Assembly (NCBI GenBank): GCA_013265495.1
Contig: MU057743.1
Coordinates: forward strand, 1 to 32,082
Source of the DNA: Vicugna vicugna
Taxonomy: Eukaryota
DNA: 32,082 bases
Direction of reading: 5' to 3'
Shown: positions 12,645 through 22,153 of the stretch, one piece after another
Layout: each line of letters starts with the position of its first letter
Numbering within the stretch: position 1 is the first letter of the stretch
Notes under the pieces: model-generated
What the model saw: only the letters and a program-made list of their open reading frames with translations
The model's database searches: none
What the model was told of the DNA's origin: nothing
Position numbers and translations under genes: made by a program

Positions 12645-14171
12645 TGCGGAATAGAATATTACTCAGCAGCATAAATCTTGCCATTTGTGAATACATGAAC
12701 AGAACAACAAGGTATGATGCTAAGTGAAATAAGTCAGAGAAAGACGAATACTGCGTGATCTTACTGATGCATGGAATGTAAAACACAAAACAAACATAAG
12801 CAAGTAAAGGCAGACACATAAATAGTAAAAACAGGTGGTTGCCAGAAGGGAGGGGGTAGGGGTGGGCAAAATATAGGGGAGGGGGATTAAGAGGTACAAT
12901 CCTCCAGTTATACAATAGGTTAAGTCCATGGAATGTAGTATACAGTATAAGAAATAGGGTCAATAATATTTTAATATATTTGTATAGGTACAGATTGTTA
13001 TTAGACTTACCATGGTGATCATTTCATAATATATAGAAATGTCGAATAATTATGTAGTACCCCTGAAAATAACATAATATTGTATATCAGGTATATTTAA
13101 ATAAAATTATCCAGATGGTATTTGATGGATAATTAGGCATTTTTTCTTCCCTTGTTTATTTAAAAGCTACATTAAGATATATTTCACATAGCATGTAATT
13201 TACCCATTGAAAGTGTACAGTACAATTATTCTTATATATTAACAAATATGTTCAATCAAGTTCTGGGTATTCATTCAAATTCAGGATATTTCCTTCACCC
13301 CAAAAGAAAATATTTTCCTTTTAGCTATCACCTCTCTATCTGTTCCCTCATAACCCTCAGGCCTAAGAAACCAGTAATGTATTTTCTGTCTCTGTGGATT
13401 TGACTTTTGTGGAAATTTTGTATGAATAGAACCACATAGTATGTGGTCCTTTATGACTAGCTTCTTTCACTCAGCTTAATGTTTTCCAGGTTTACACATG
13501 TTGCAGCACATATCAGTACTTAATTTACTTTTATTGCTGAATGATATTCTATTGTTTGGATGTTTTGTTTATCTATTCATCAGTCAATGAATGCTTGAGT
13601 TATTTCTATTTTAGCTATTGTGAATATTGCTGCTGTAAATGATTGTGACTGTTTGGGGACAGATATATTTATTTCTTATGGGAACATACCTAGGAGTGGA
13701 GTTGCAGGGTCATACGGTAACTGTATGTTACCCATTTGAGGAATCACGTTTTCCAAAGCGGTTTCACCTTTTTACAGTCCCACCAGCAATGTATGAGACA
13801 TTCAATTCTCCACATTCTGCCAACACTTGCTTTTATCTGACTTCTTGATTCTAGCCACCTAACGGGTGTGAAGTGGTATCTCATTGATGTTTTTATTTGT
13901 ATTTCCGTGATGGTTAATGATGGTCTGTATGATTTCATATGTTTTTTGGTCATCTTAATATTCCTTTTGGAGAAATGCCTACTTAGATCCATTGCCACCC
14001 CATTTTTAATAGAGTTATTTGTCTTTATGTAATTGAGCTTTATGAGTCACTTGTTTATTCTAGACAGCAAATATGTGATTTTCAATTATTTCTATCACCC
14101 TGTAAATTGTCTTTTTACTTTATTGATATTGTCCATTGGGGGGAAAACATTTAAATTTGATCAAGTCCAAT

Positions 14172-14483
14172 TTATTTTATTTTTAACATTTTTTATTGAT
14201 TTATAATCATTTTACAATGTTGTGTCAATTTCCAGTGCAGAGCACAATTTTTCAATTATACATGAACATATATATATTCATTGTCACATTCCTTTCTCTG
14301 TGAGCTACCATAAGATCTTGTATATATTTCCCTGTGCTATACAGTATAATCTTGTTTATCTGTTCTACAGTTTTGAAATCCCAGTCTATCTCCTCCCACC
14401 TCCCACTCCCTTGGCAACCACAAGTCTGTATTCTATGTCTATGAGTCTATTTCTTTTCGGTATTTATTCTTTTTTTTTTTTTT
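14172..14483 (-). mobile_element. 5'-truncated young L1 3' UTR nested in the ancient L1
   Basis: Highly similar to 18730-19020 (aacattttttattgatttataatc...tttacaatgttgtgtcaa). Confidence 0.92.
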
Positions 14484-15187
14484 ATGATTTTAAAGTTTTC
14501 ACTCACATTGAGGCTTTTGATCTAATCAGAGATAACTTTGTACATGGTGCTATTGATTATTTTGAATGTCACTATCCAATTGTCCTACCACCTTAGGTTT
14601 AAAAAGTATTATTTCCCCATTGAATGCTCTCAGCTCCTTTGTCAAACATCAGTTGTTATGGACACAAATGTTTATTTCTGAAATATGAGTTCTATTCATT
14701 GATCTGCATGTTCATGTTTAAACTGGGACAGCAGTATCTTGGTTACTGTTTCTTTCAAGTAAGTTCTGAAATCAAGAAGTGTGGGTACCCCAACTTTGTT
14801 CCTTATTTTCCAGATTGTTTTGAATATCCTGGGTCCCTTGAAATACAATATAAATTTTAGAATCAAGTAATCAATACCAACCATAAAGTCAGATGGGATG
14901 ATAATAGTGTAGTGAATCTAAAGATCAATTCAAAATATATTACCAACTTTAAATATTAATTCTTCCACTTATGGAAATGGGAGGCCTTCTTTTTCATTTG
15001 GACCTTCTTTAGGTTTTTTCAACAATATTGTGTAGTTACAATAGTAAGTTTCATAGTTCTTTTGGTAAATCTACTTCTAAGTATTTTATTGGTTTTGATA
15101 CTATTGTAAATGGAAAGGTTTTCTCAATCTCCTTGGGATATTTTTATTGAAAGTATATACAAACACTGTTGCTTTTTCAATATTGTT

Positions 15188-15536
15188 ATTGTACCTTACA
15201 AGCTTATTTAACTCATTTATTATTTCTAATACTGTTCAGTTAGTCTTTACAATTTTCTACAGTCTAGATCACATATTCTGTGAATAGAGATAGTTTTAAT
15301 TGCTTCATTTTCAATGAGCGTTGTCTTTTTCTTTTTCTTTTTTTTTTTTTTTTTTGCCTTATTCTTTGTTTAATTGTACCTTACAAGCTTATTTAACTCA
15401 TTTATTATTTCTAATACTGTTCAGTTAGTCTTTACAATTTTCTACAGTCTAGATCACATATTCTGTGAATAGAGATAGTTTTAATTGCTTCATTTTCAAT
15501 GAGCGTTGTCTTTTTCTTTTTCTTTTTTTTTTTTTG
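15188..15536. repeat. Near-tandem direct duplication, period 185 nt
   Basis: 15188-15356 and 15373-15536 are identical except for T-run length (18 vs 13). A 16-nt spacer separates them. Confidence 0.97.
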
Positions 15537-15740
15537 ATTGCCTAATTGCTCTGGTTATAACCTGCAGGAAAAAGTTTAGCAAAACTGATGAGAGCAGACA
15601 TCCTTGTCCTGTTCTTCATATTTGGGGAAAAGCAGTCAATCTTCAAACTTTAAGTATAATATTAATTGTGGGTGGTGTTGGTTTGTTGTTTGTTTGTTTG
15701 TTTGATTTTTGGTGGATTATGAATTGGGCAAGTTTCCTTC

Positions 15741-16163
15741 TGTGCTACTTTGCTAGGGCTTTTGTAACAAAGTACCATCAACTGAGTGGTTTAAACAAAA
15801 AAATTTATTTTCTCAGTTTTGAAAGCTATATATCTAAAAGTAAAGTGTCAACCTTCCCTCTGAAAGTTTTAGCAAATTATCCATTCCAGGTCTTTCCTCC
15901 TGGATTCTGTAAATTTATTGGCTTTGACCACATGGATTCAATACTTACACAATGTTCTCCCTGTGTGAGTGTTTGCGTCCACATTTCTTCCTTTCATCAG
16001 AGCCCAGATCACATTGTATTAGGCCCTCCCTTCTCCAGTATGAACTCATCTTAACCAATATGTATGTAACAACTGTATTTCAATATAAGGCCAAGTTTTG
16101 AGGTACTGGATGTTATATATCAAACATATGAGTTTGGAGATACTCAATTCAACACATTTATTC
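15741..16163 (-). mobile_element. MLT1-type LTR (3' LTR of the provirus)
   Basis: ctagggcttttgtaacaaagtacca...aatttattttctcagtttt...tgaggtactgg...caattcaac resembles the antisense MLT1 consensus. Confidence 0.85.
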
Positions 16164-16526
16164 TCTGTCTCCCAACAACAGTCAACCTTTTGCCCACTCC
16201 AACATTTATCTCTTTTTCCTAAACAAAACATATTTACCCCTTCCTGATACTTCAAAATTCTTAGCCCATTCCTGAATCAATCCCAAGTTGAAGTTTTCTT
16301 CTATATATTATCTAAATGGGTGAGACACAGGATATGATTTATCCTCAGGTAAATCTCTCCATCTATAAGCATGTGAAATCAGGCAAGAAGTTATCTTCTC
16401 CCAAAATACAATGATGGATTAGTCACAGGGTAGATATCCCCATTCAAAATGGAGAAATAGGAAGAAAAAAAGCAATCACGAATCGATAGCAGGTCCAAAA
16501 TCCAGCTGGTAAAATTTCATTAGATT

Positions 16527-16577
16527 GATTGATTGATTGAATGGAAGTACAGTCAGTTTACAATGTTGTGTCAATTT
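16527..16577 (-). mobile_element. Ultra-short L1 3' tail insertion with a (GATT)n tail
   Basis: gaagtacagtcagtttacaatgttgtgtcaatttc is the reverse complement of the L1 terminus at 4616-4650. It is flanked by aatttcattagatt / aatttccattggatt. Confidence 0.8.
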
Positions 16578-17189
16578 CCATTGGATTTTAAAGCTTGAGA
16601 ATAATCCTCATTGACTCAATGTGCTGTCCTCTGGGTCCACCAAGGTTGTGGCCTAATATCCTCAGCCTTAAGAGACAGCCCTGCACTCTGGAATCCAGGA
16701 TGTGTCCCCACCTTCAGGGTCATTCTTACACTTACTTGAAAATTAACACATATTCACAGCTGAATAATTCTATATGTCCATTTCCTGCCAGTAGAATCTG
16801 AGAAGTCTAAAAGCCTTCCTTAATTTTGTCCCATCTCTCTCCTCTTCACTACAACTTTACAGTGTTTCTGCTGAATTTGTGGCTTGGACTCATAAGTCCC
16901 ACACTTAATCTCTTCAGCAAATCCTTGTCTAGCCACTGTCTTGATGTTTTCTCCAAAGCACACTATTTTGTTCTTATGTTTGTTTGTTTCTTTCTTTGGA
17001 ATATGGCTAAGCTGAGAAATTCCTGAATCTTCATTTCTGATTATTTTCTGTTTTATAATTTTTTCCAAAACATTCATCTAATGTTGTTTTATTATAAGTG
17101 CCAAGGAGAAACCAGACCAAGTTTTCAACACTGCTTAAATGCCTCCTCAGCCAAATATAGAGGTTTTGTTTTTTCCTTACATGTTCTAC

Positions 17190-17666
17190 TGTTTCTAAAC
17201 TGAATTTGAGTCTGGTCGACTGCATTCTGTAAAGTCAATCTACTGACACTGGGTTCTGGTGAAAGAAACTGCATAGTCTATTGTAAGACACCATACTAGG
17301 AGTCGGGACAGATAATGCTCAAAACACCTGAACTCTCTGATGGGTTTCAGGAAGGCATTGTTAAAGGCCAGATGAGATGGTGGGGGGTAATCACGGTTCT
17401 CCGATTTGTTGATGGTGAGGTAATAAGGTGGTATCACAAGCGTTAACACTTACAATCCTTAGGCTCCAGTAGGCCTGGGAGCTATGTGCCCATGGTCATC
17501 AAATAGTTAACATCTTCCATTTGGTGTTTTTTTTTGACATCTTTAAAGCAACTCAGGAAATGTGTATCAGAAACTATTGTCTAGGTACTTCAGAGAGGAT
17601 GTAAAACAGAGGATATAAGGGAGAGATCTGTCCTGGGAAGACCCCATAGTGTCCTGCTCAGTTACA
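17190..17666 (-). mobile_element. ERV1 solo LTR (MER41-like), 477 bp
   Basis: TG...CA termini with a perfect 4-bp TSD ctac (17186-17189, 17667-17670). The motifs aaagtcaatctactgacactgggtt and gtcctgctcagttaca resemble artiodactyl MER41-like LTRs. Confidence 0.85.
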
Positions 17667-18032
17667 CTACTTTCTACTCAACCAGACACAATTTACCCAA
17701 AATATCTGCTCTGGTTTCCAATAAGATCTTCCTCATTTCGGTCTCAGACTTCACCAGTAGTATATTTCACGTTCATATAGATATCAACATTCTGTTTATG
17801 TGGGTGGGTGGGTGTTGTGTGTGCATTTGTATACTTTTTTATTTTTTCTATGAGGACATAAGTCATAGTGTATTATGGGAACAACCTTTTCCAGTATGAC
17901 CTCATATTAACTTCAATAAATAAATACATCTGCAAAACTGCTGTTTCAAATTAAGGCTACATTCCGAGGTATCAGAGGTTTGGAATTAATATATGAAGTT
18001 CTGGGCTGTACAGGTCATAGCATATCATCTTC

Positions 18033-18185
18033 AATTCCTAGTTTGTTTAGTGCTCATGAAAGGCATTGAAGGGGTCTTGGATTTTGTCAAACACTTTTTC
18101 TGGAAATACTGGGATAATCGTGTGTATTTTGTTTCTCTAGTCTCATAATATAGTATATTACAGAAATTTATTTTAGCATATTTGA
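18033..18185 (-). mobile_element. Continuation of the ancient L1MB-like host after the MaLR
   Basis: attcctagtttg...ttggattttgtcaaacactttttctg continues the antisense ORF2 interrupted at 15740. Confidence 0.8.
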
Positions 18186-18194
18186 TTTTTTTGT

Positions 18195-18345
18195 ACTTTT
18201 TAAAACATCTTTATTATGGTACGATTCCTGTACAGTAAGCTACACATAATTCAGATGAACAATTTGATTAATTTTAATCGATACATACACACATGACCCA
18301 CCACCACAATCAAGATAGCTAACATTTTCATCACTCCCCAAGAGG
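18195..18345 (-). mobile_element. Ancient L1M (MB/MC-like) 3'-end fragment
   Basis: ccaccacaatcaagatagctaacattttcatcactcccca motif typical of old L1M 3' ends. Confidence 0.65.
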
Positions 18346-18354
18346 TGCAAAATT

Positions 18355-18725
18355 TCAAATTCCCAATGTACCCCTTCCCACCCCTTTTACCCTCTAATAA
18401 CCATAAGTGTGTTCTCTATGTCTGTGAGTCTGTTTCTGTTTCGTAGATAAGTTCATTTGGGTCCTTTTCTTTTTAGATTCCACATATAAGTGATATCATA
18501 TGGTATTTTTTTTCTTTCAGACTTACTTCTCTTAGAATGACACTCTCCACGTCCATCCATGTTGCTGGAAATGGCATTATTCTATTCTTTTATATGGCTG
18601 AGTAGTATTTCATTGTAGATATATATATCACATCTTCTTTATCATGTCATCTGTTGACTTTTGGGTTGTTTCCATATCTTGACTATTGTAAATACATGGG
18701 CTGTGAACATTGGGGTACATGTGAC
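18355..18725 (-). mobile_element. Intermediate-age artiodactyl L1 fragment (end of ORF2 and 3' UTR)
   Basis: ctatgtctgtgagtctgtttctgttt...tagattccacatataagtgatatcatatggtattt...ggctgagtagtatttcattgt. Confidence 0.85.
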
Positions 18726-19541
18726 TTTTTTTAAAACATTTTTTATTGATTTATAATCGTTTTACAATGTTGTGTCAAATTCCAGTGTTCAGCACAATTT
18801 TTCAGTCATTCATGGACATATACACACTCATTGTCATATTTTTTCTCTGTGAGTTATCATAAGATTTTGTGTATATTTCCCTGTGCTATACAGTGTAATC
18901 TTGTTTATCTATTCTACAATTTTGAAATCCCTGTCTATCCCTTCCCACCCTCCAACCCACTGGTTACCACAAGTCTGTATTCTCGGTCTGTGAGTCTATT
19001 TCTGTCCTGTATTTATGCTTTGTTTTTGTTTCTTTGTTTGTTTTTGTTTTTGTTTTTTAGATTCCACATATGAGCGATCTCATATGGTATTTTTCTTTCT
19101 CTTTCTGGCTTACTTCACTTAGAATGATATTCTGCAGGAGCAACTATGTTGCTGCAAATGGCATTTTGTTCTCGGTTGTTTTGGTTGAGTAGTATTTCAT
19201 TGTATAAATATACCACCACTTCTTTATCCAGTCACCTATTGAAGGACATTTAGGCTCTTTCCATGTTTTGGCTATTGTAAATATTGCTGCATTGAATATT
19301 GGGGTGCAGGTGTCATCCTGAAGTAGATTTCCTTCTGGATACAAGCCCAGGAGTGGGATTCCTGGGTCATATGGGAAGTCTATTCCTAGACTTTTGAGGA
19401 ATCTCCACACTGTTTTCCATAGTGGCTGCACCAAACTGCATTCCCACCAGCAGTGTAGGAGGGTTCCCCTTTCTCCACAGCCTCTCCAGCATTTGTCATT
19501 TGTGGATTTTTGAATGACGGCCATTCTGACTGGTGTGAGGT
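18726..19541 (-). mobile_element. Young L1 3' portion (ORF2 C-terminus, 3' UTR, polyA) running into an assembly gap
   Basis: ORF 19144-19524 encodes [34 protein letters not shown], the L1 ORF2p cysteine-rich domain. T-run at 18726. Confidence 0.95.
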
Positions 19542-20468
19542 NNNNNNNNNNNNNNNNNNNNNNNNNNNNNNNNNNNNNNNNNNNNNNNNNNNNNNNNNNN
19601 NNNNNNNNNNNNNNNNNNNNNNNNNNNNNNNNNNNNNNNNNNNNNNNNNNNNNNNNNNNNNNNNNNNNNNNNNNNNNNNNNNNNNNNNNNNNNNNNNNNN
19701 NNNNNNNNNNNNNNNNNNNNNNNNNNNNNNNNNNNNNNNNNNNNNNNNNNNNNNNNNNNNNNNNNNNNNNNNNNNNNNNNNNNNNNNNNNNNNNNNNNNN
19801 NNNNNNNNNNNNNNNNNNNNNNNNNNNNNNNNNNNNNNNNNNNNNNNNNNNNNNNNNNNNNNNNNNNNNNNNNNNNNNNNNNNNNNNNNNNNNNNNNNNN
19901 NNNNNNNNNNNNNNNNNNNNNNNNNNNNNNNNNNNNNNNNNNNNNNNNNNNNNNNNNNNNNNNNNNNNNNNNNNNNNNNNNNNNNNNNNNNNNNNNNNNN
20001 NNNNNNNNNNNNNNNNNNNNNNNNNNNNNNNNNNNNNNNNNNNNNNNNNNNNNNNNNNNNNNNNNNNNNNNNNNNNNNNNNNNNNNNNNNNNNNNNNNNN
20101 NNNNNNNNNNNNNNNNNNNNNNNNNNNNNNNNNNNNNNNNNNNNNNNNNNNNNNNNNNNNNNNNNNNNNNNNNNNNNNNNNNNNNNNNNNNNNNNNNNNN
20201 NNNNNNNNNNNNNNNNNNNNNNNNNNNNNNNNNNNNNNNNNNNNNNNNNNNNNNNNNNNNNNNNNNNNNNNNNNNNNNNNNNNNNNNNNNNNNNNNNNNN
20301 NNNNNNNNNNNNNNNNNNNNNNNNNNNNNNNNNNNNNNNNNNNNNNNNNNNNNNNNNNNNNNNNNNNNNNNNNNNNNNNNNNNNNNNNNNNNNNNNNNNN
20401 NNNNNNNNNNNNNNNNNNNNNNNNNNNNNNNNNNNNNNNNNNNNNNNNNNNNNNNNNNNNNNNNNNNN
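19542..20468. other. Assembly gap (927 N)
   Basis: N run. Confidence 1.
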
Positions 20469-22153
20469 TGTGGACCTTTTAGGGTTTTCTATATATAGTA
20501 ACATGTCATCAGCATATAATGACACTTTTACCTCTTCTTTTCCAATTTGGATCCCTGGTATTTCTTTCTCTTGCCTGACTGCTGTGGCTAGGTCTTCCAG
20601 CTCTATGTTGAATAGGAGTGGTGATAGTGGACATCCTTGTCTTGTCCCAGATTTTAGTGGGAAGTTTTTGAGTTTTTCACCATTTAGTAATATGCTGGCT
20701 GTAGGTTTGTCATATATAGCTTTTATTATGTTGAGATATGTTCCCTCTATACCCACTTTGACGAGAGTTTTTATCATAAATGGATGTTGAATTTTATCAA
20801 ATGCTTTTTCTGCATCGATTGAGATGATCATGTGGTTTTTGTCCTTTCTCTTGTTGATGTGATGTATTACATTGATTGATTTGGGTATGTTGAACCAGCC
20901 TTGTGTCCCTGGGATGAACGCCACTTGGTCATGATGTATAATTTTTTTATGTGTTGTTGGATTCTATTTGCTAAAATATTGGTGAGGATTTTGGCGTCTA
21001 TGTTCGTAAGTGATATTGGCCTATAATTCTCTTTTTTTATAGTGTCTTTGCCTGGTTTTGGTGTAAGGGTGATGGTGGCTTCATAGAATGAGTTTGGGAG
21101 TATTCCCTCCTTTTCAATCGTCTGGAAGATTTTGAGAAGGACTGGTATGAGTTCTTCTTTGTATGTTTGGTAGAATTTTTTGGTGAATCCATCCGGTCCT
21201 GGTCTTTTATTTGTAGGGAGGTTTTAAATTGCTATTTCTATTTCCTTTCTAGTGATCAGATTATTCCAGTGGTCAGTTTCTTCTTGATTCAGTTTTGGTG
21301 GACAGTATGTTTCCATAAACTTGTCCATCTCCTCTAGGTTATCCAGTTTGGTTCCATATAGTTTTTCATAATATTCTCGTATGATATTCTGTATTTCTAT
21401 TTTGTTTGTTGTAATTTCTCCATTTTCCTTTCTTATTTTAATTTTGCTAATTTGTGCTCTCACTTTTTTCTTCTTTGTGAGTTTGGCCAGAGGTTTGTCG
21501 ATTTTATTTACTTTTTCAAAAAAACAGTTTTTGCTTTGGTTGATTTTTTCTATCATCTCATTAATCTCTATTGTATTTAATTCCTCTCTGATCTTTATTA
21601 TTTCCTTCCTTCTGCTGCTTTTTGGGGCTTTATGTTCTTCTTTTTCTAATTCACTCAGGTGGTGGGTTAACATGTTTCTTTGAGATTGTTCTTTTTGAGG
21701 AAGGCCTGTATCTCTATAAACTTCCTTCTTAGCACTGCCTTTGCTGTGTCCCATAGGTTTTGAGTGGTTGTGCTTTCATTATCATTTGTCTCAAGGTATT
21801 TTTTAATTTCAGCTTTGATTTCCTCATTGATCCATTGTTTTTTAAATAACATATTGTTTAATCTTCATACTTTCCTTTTTTTCTCCTTTGTTTCTCTGTT
21901 GTTGATTTCCAGTTTCGTGGCATTGTGGTCAGTGAAGATGCTTGAGATAATTTCTATCATATTAAAATTGTTGATGGTTTCGTTTGTGCCCAAGTACATG
22001 ATCTATTCTGGAAAATGTTCCATATGCACTTGAAAACAATGTATATCCTATTTCTGGGGGTGTAATGCTCTGAAAATATCCACCAAATCTAGTTTTTCTA
22101 TTGTAGTATTTAATTTCTCTGTTGCTTTGCTTATTTTCTGTCTGGAAGATCTG
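20469..22153 (-). mobile_element. Young L1 ORF2 segment (late EN through RT), antisense
   Basis: [15 protein letters not shown] and [17 protein letters not shown] motifs, plus WINEEIKAEIKKYLETND. Frameshifted. Confidence 0.95.

Larger units (their letters stand above)
6321..13106 (+). mobile_element. Near-full-length ~6.8 kb degraded LINE-1 (element B; laurasiatherian L1MA9/L1_Carn7-like) with 5' UTR, ORF1, ORF2 and 3' UTR
   Basis: 5' end ggaagaccctgagcacacctcctc. ORF1 start atgaggagacagaaggatatgttccaa at 7670. ORF2 start MNKVTISTYLSIITLNANG at 8990. 3' end gtacccctgaaaataacataatattgtatatc...aataaaa. Confidence 0.93.
13155..15740 (-). mobile_element. Ancient L1 (L1MB-like), 3' UTR and ORF2 C-terminal part
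   Basis: Antisense 3' end ttaagatatatttcacatagcatgtaatttacccattgaaagtgtaca. ORF2 peptides IQIKTSMRYHFTPVR and CLIHCWWDCKKVKPLWKT on the minus strand. Confidence 0.85.
15741..18027 (-). mobile_element. ERVL-MaLR provirus (MLT1B/MLT1C-like LTR, internal region, partial LTR)
   Basis: TG...CA termini. 5-bp TSD ccttc (15736-15740) / tcttc (18028-18032). LTR homology between 15960-16160 and 17815-18027 (tccagtatga[a/c]ctcat[c/a]ttaac). MaLR-int motifs (cccaaaatacaatg; cccattcaaaatggagaaatagga). The host L1 resumes after it. Confidence 0.88.

Noticed and set aside
15506..16054. 182-aa hydrophobic ORF
   Set aside because: It spans antisense L1 and an MLT1 LTR junction. T-rich bias explains it and no domain is recognisable.
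19386..20924. Long ORFs of 512, 426 and 322 aa in the track
   Set aside because: They run through the N gap. The real residues are L1 ORF2 or its antisense.
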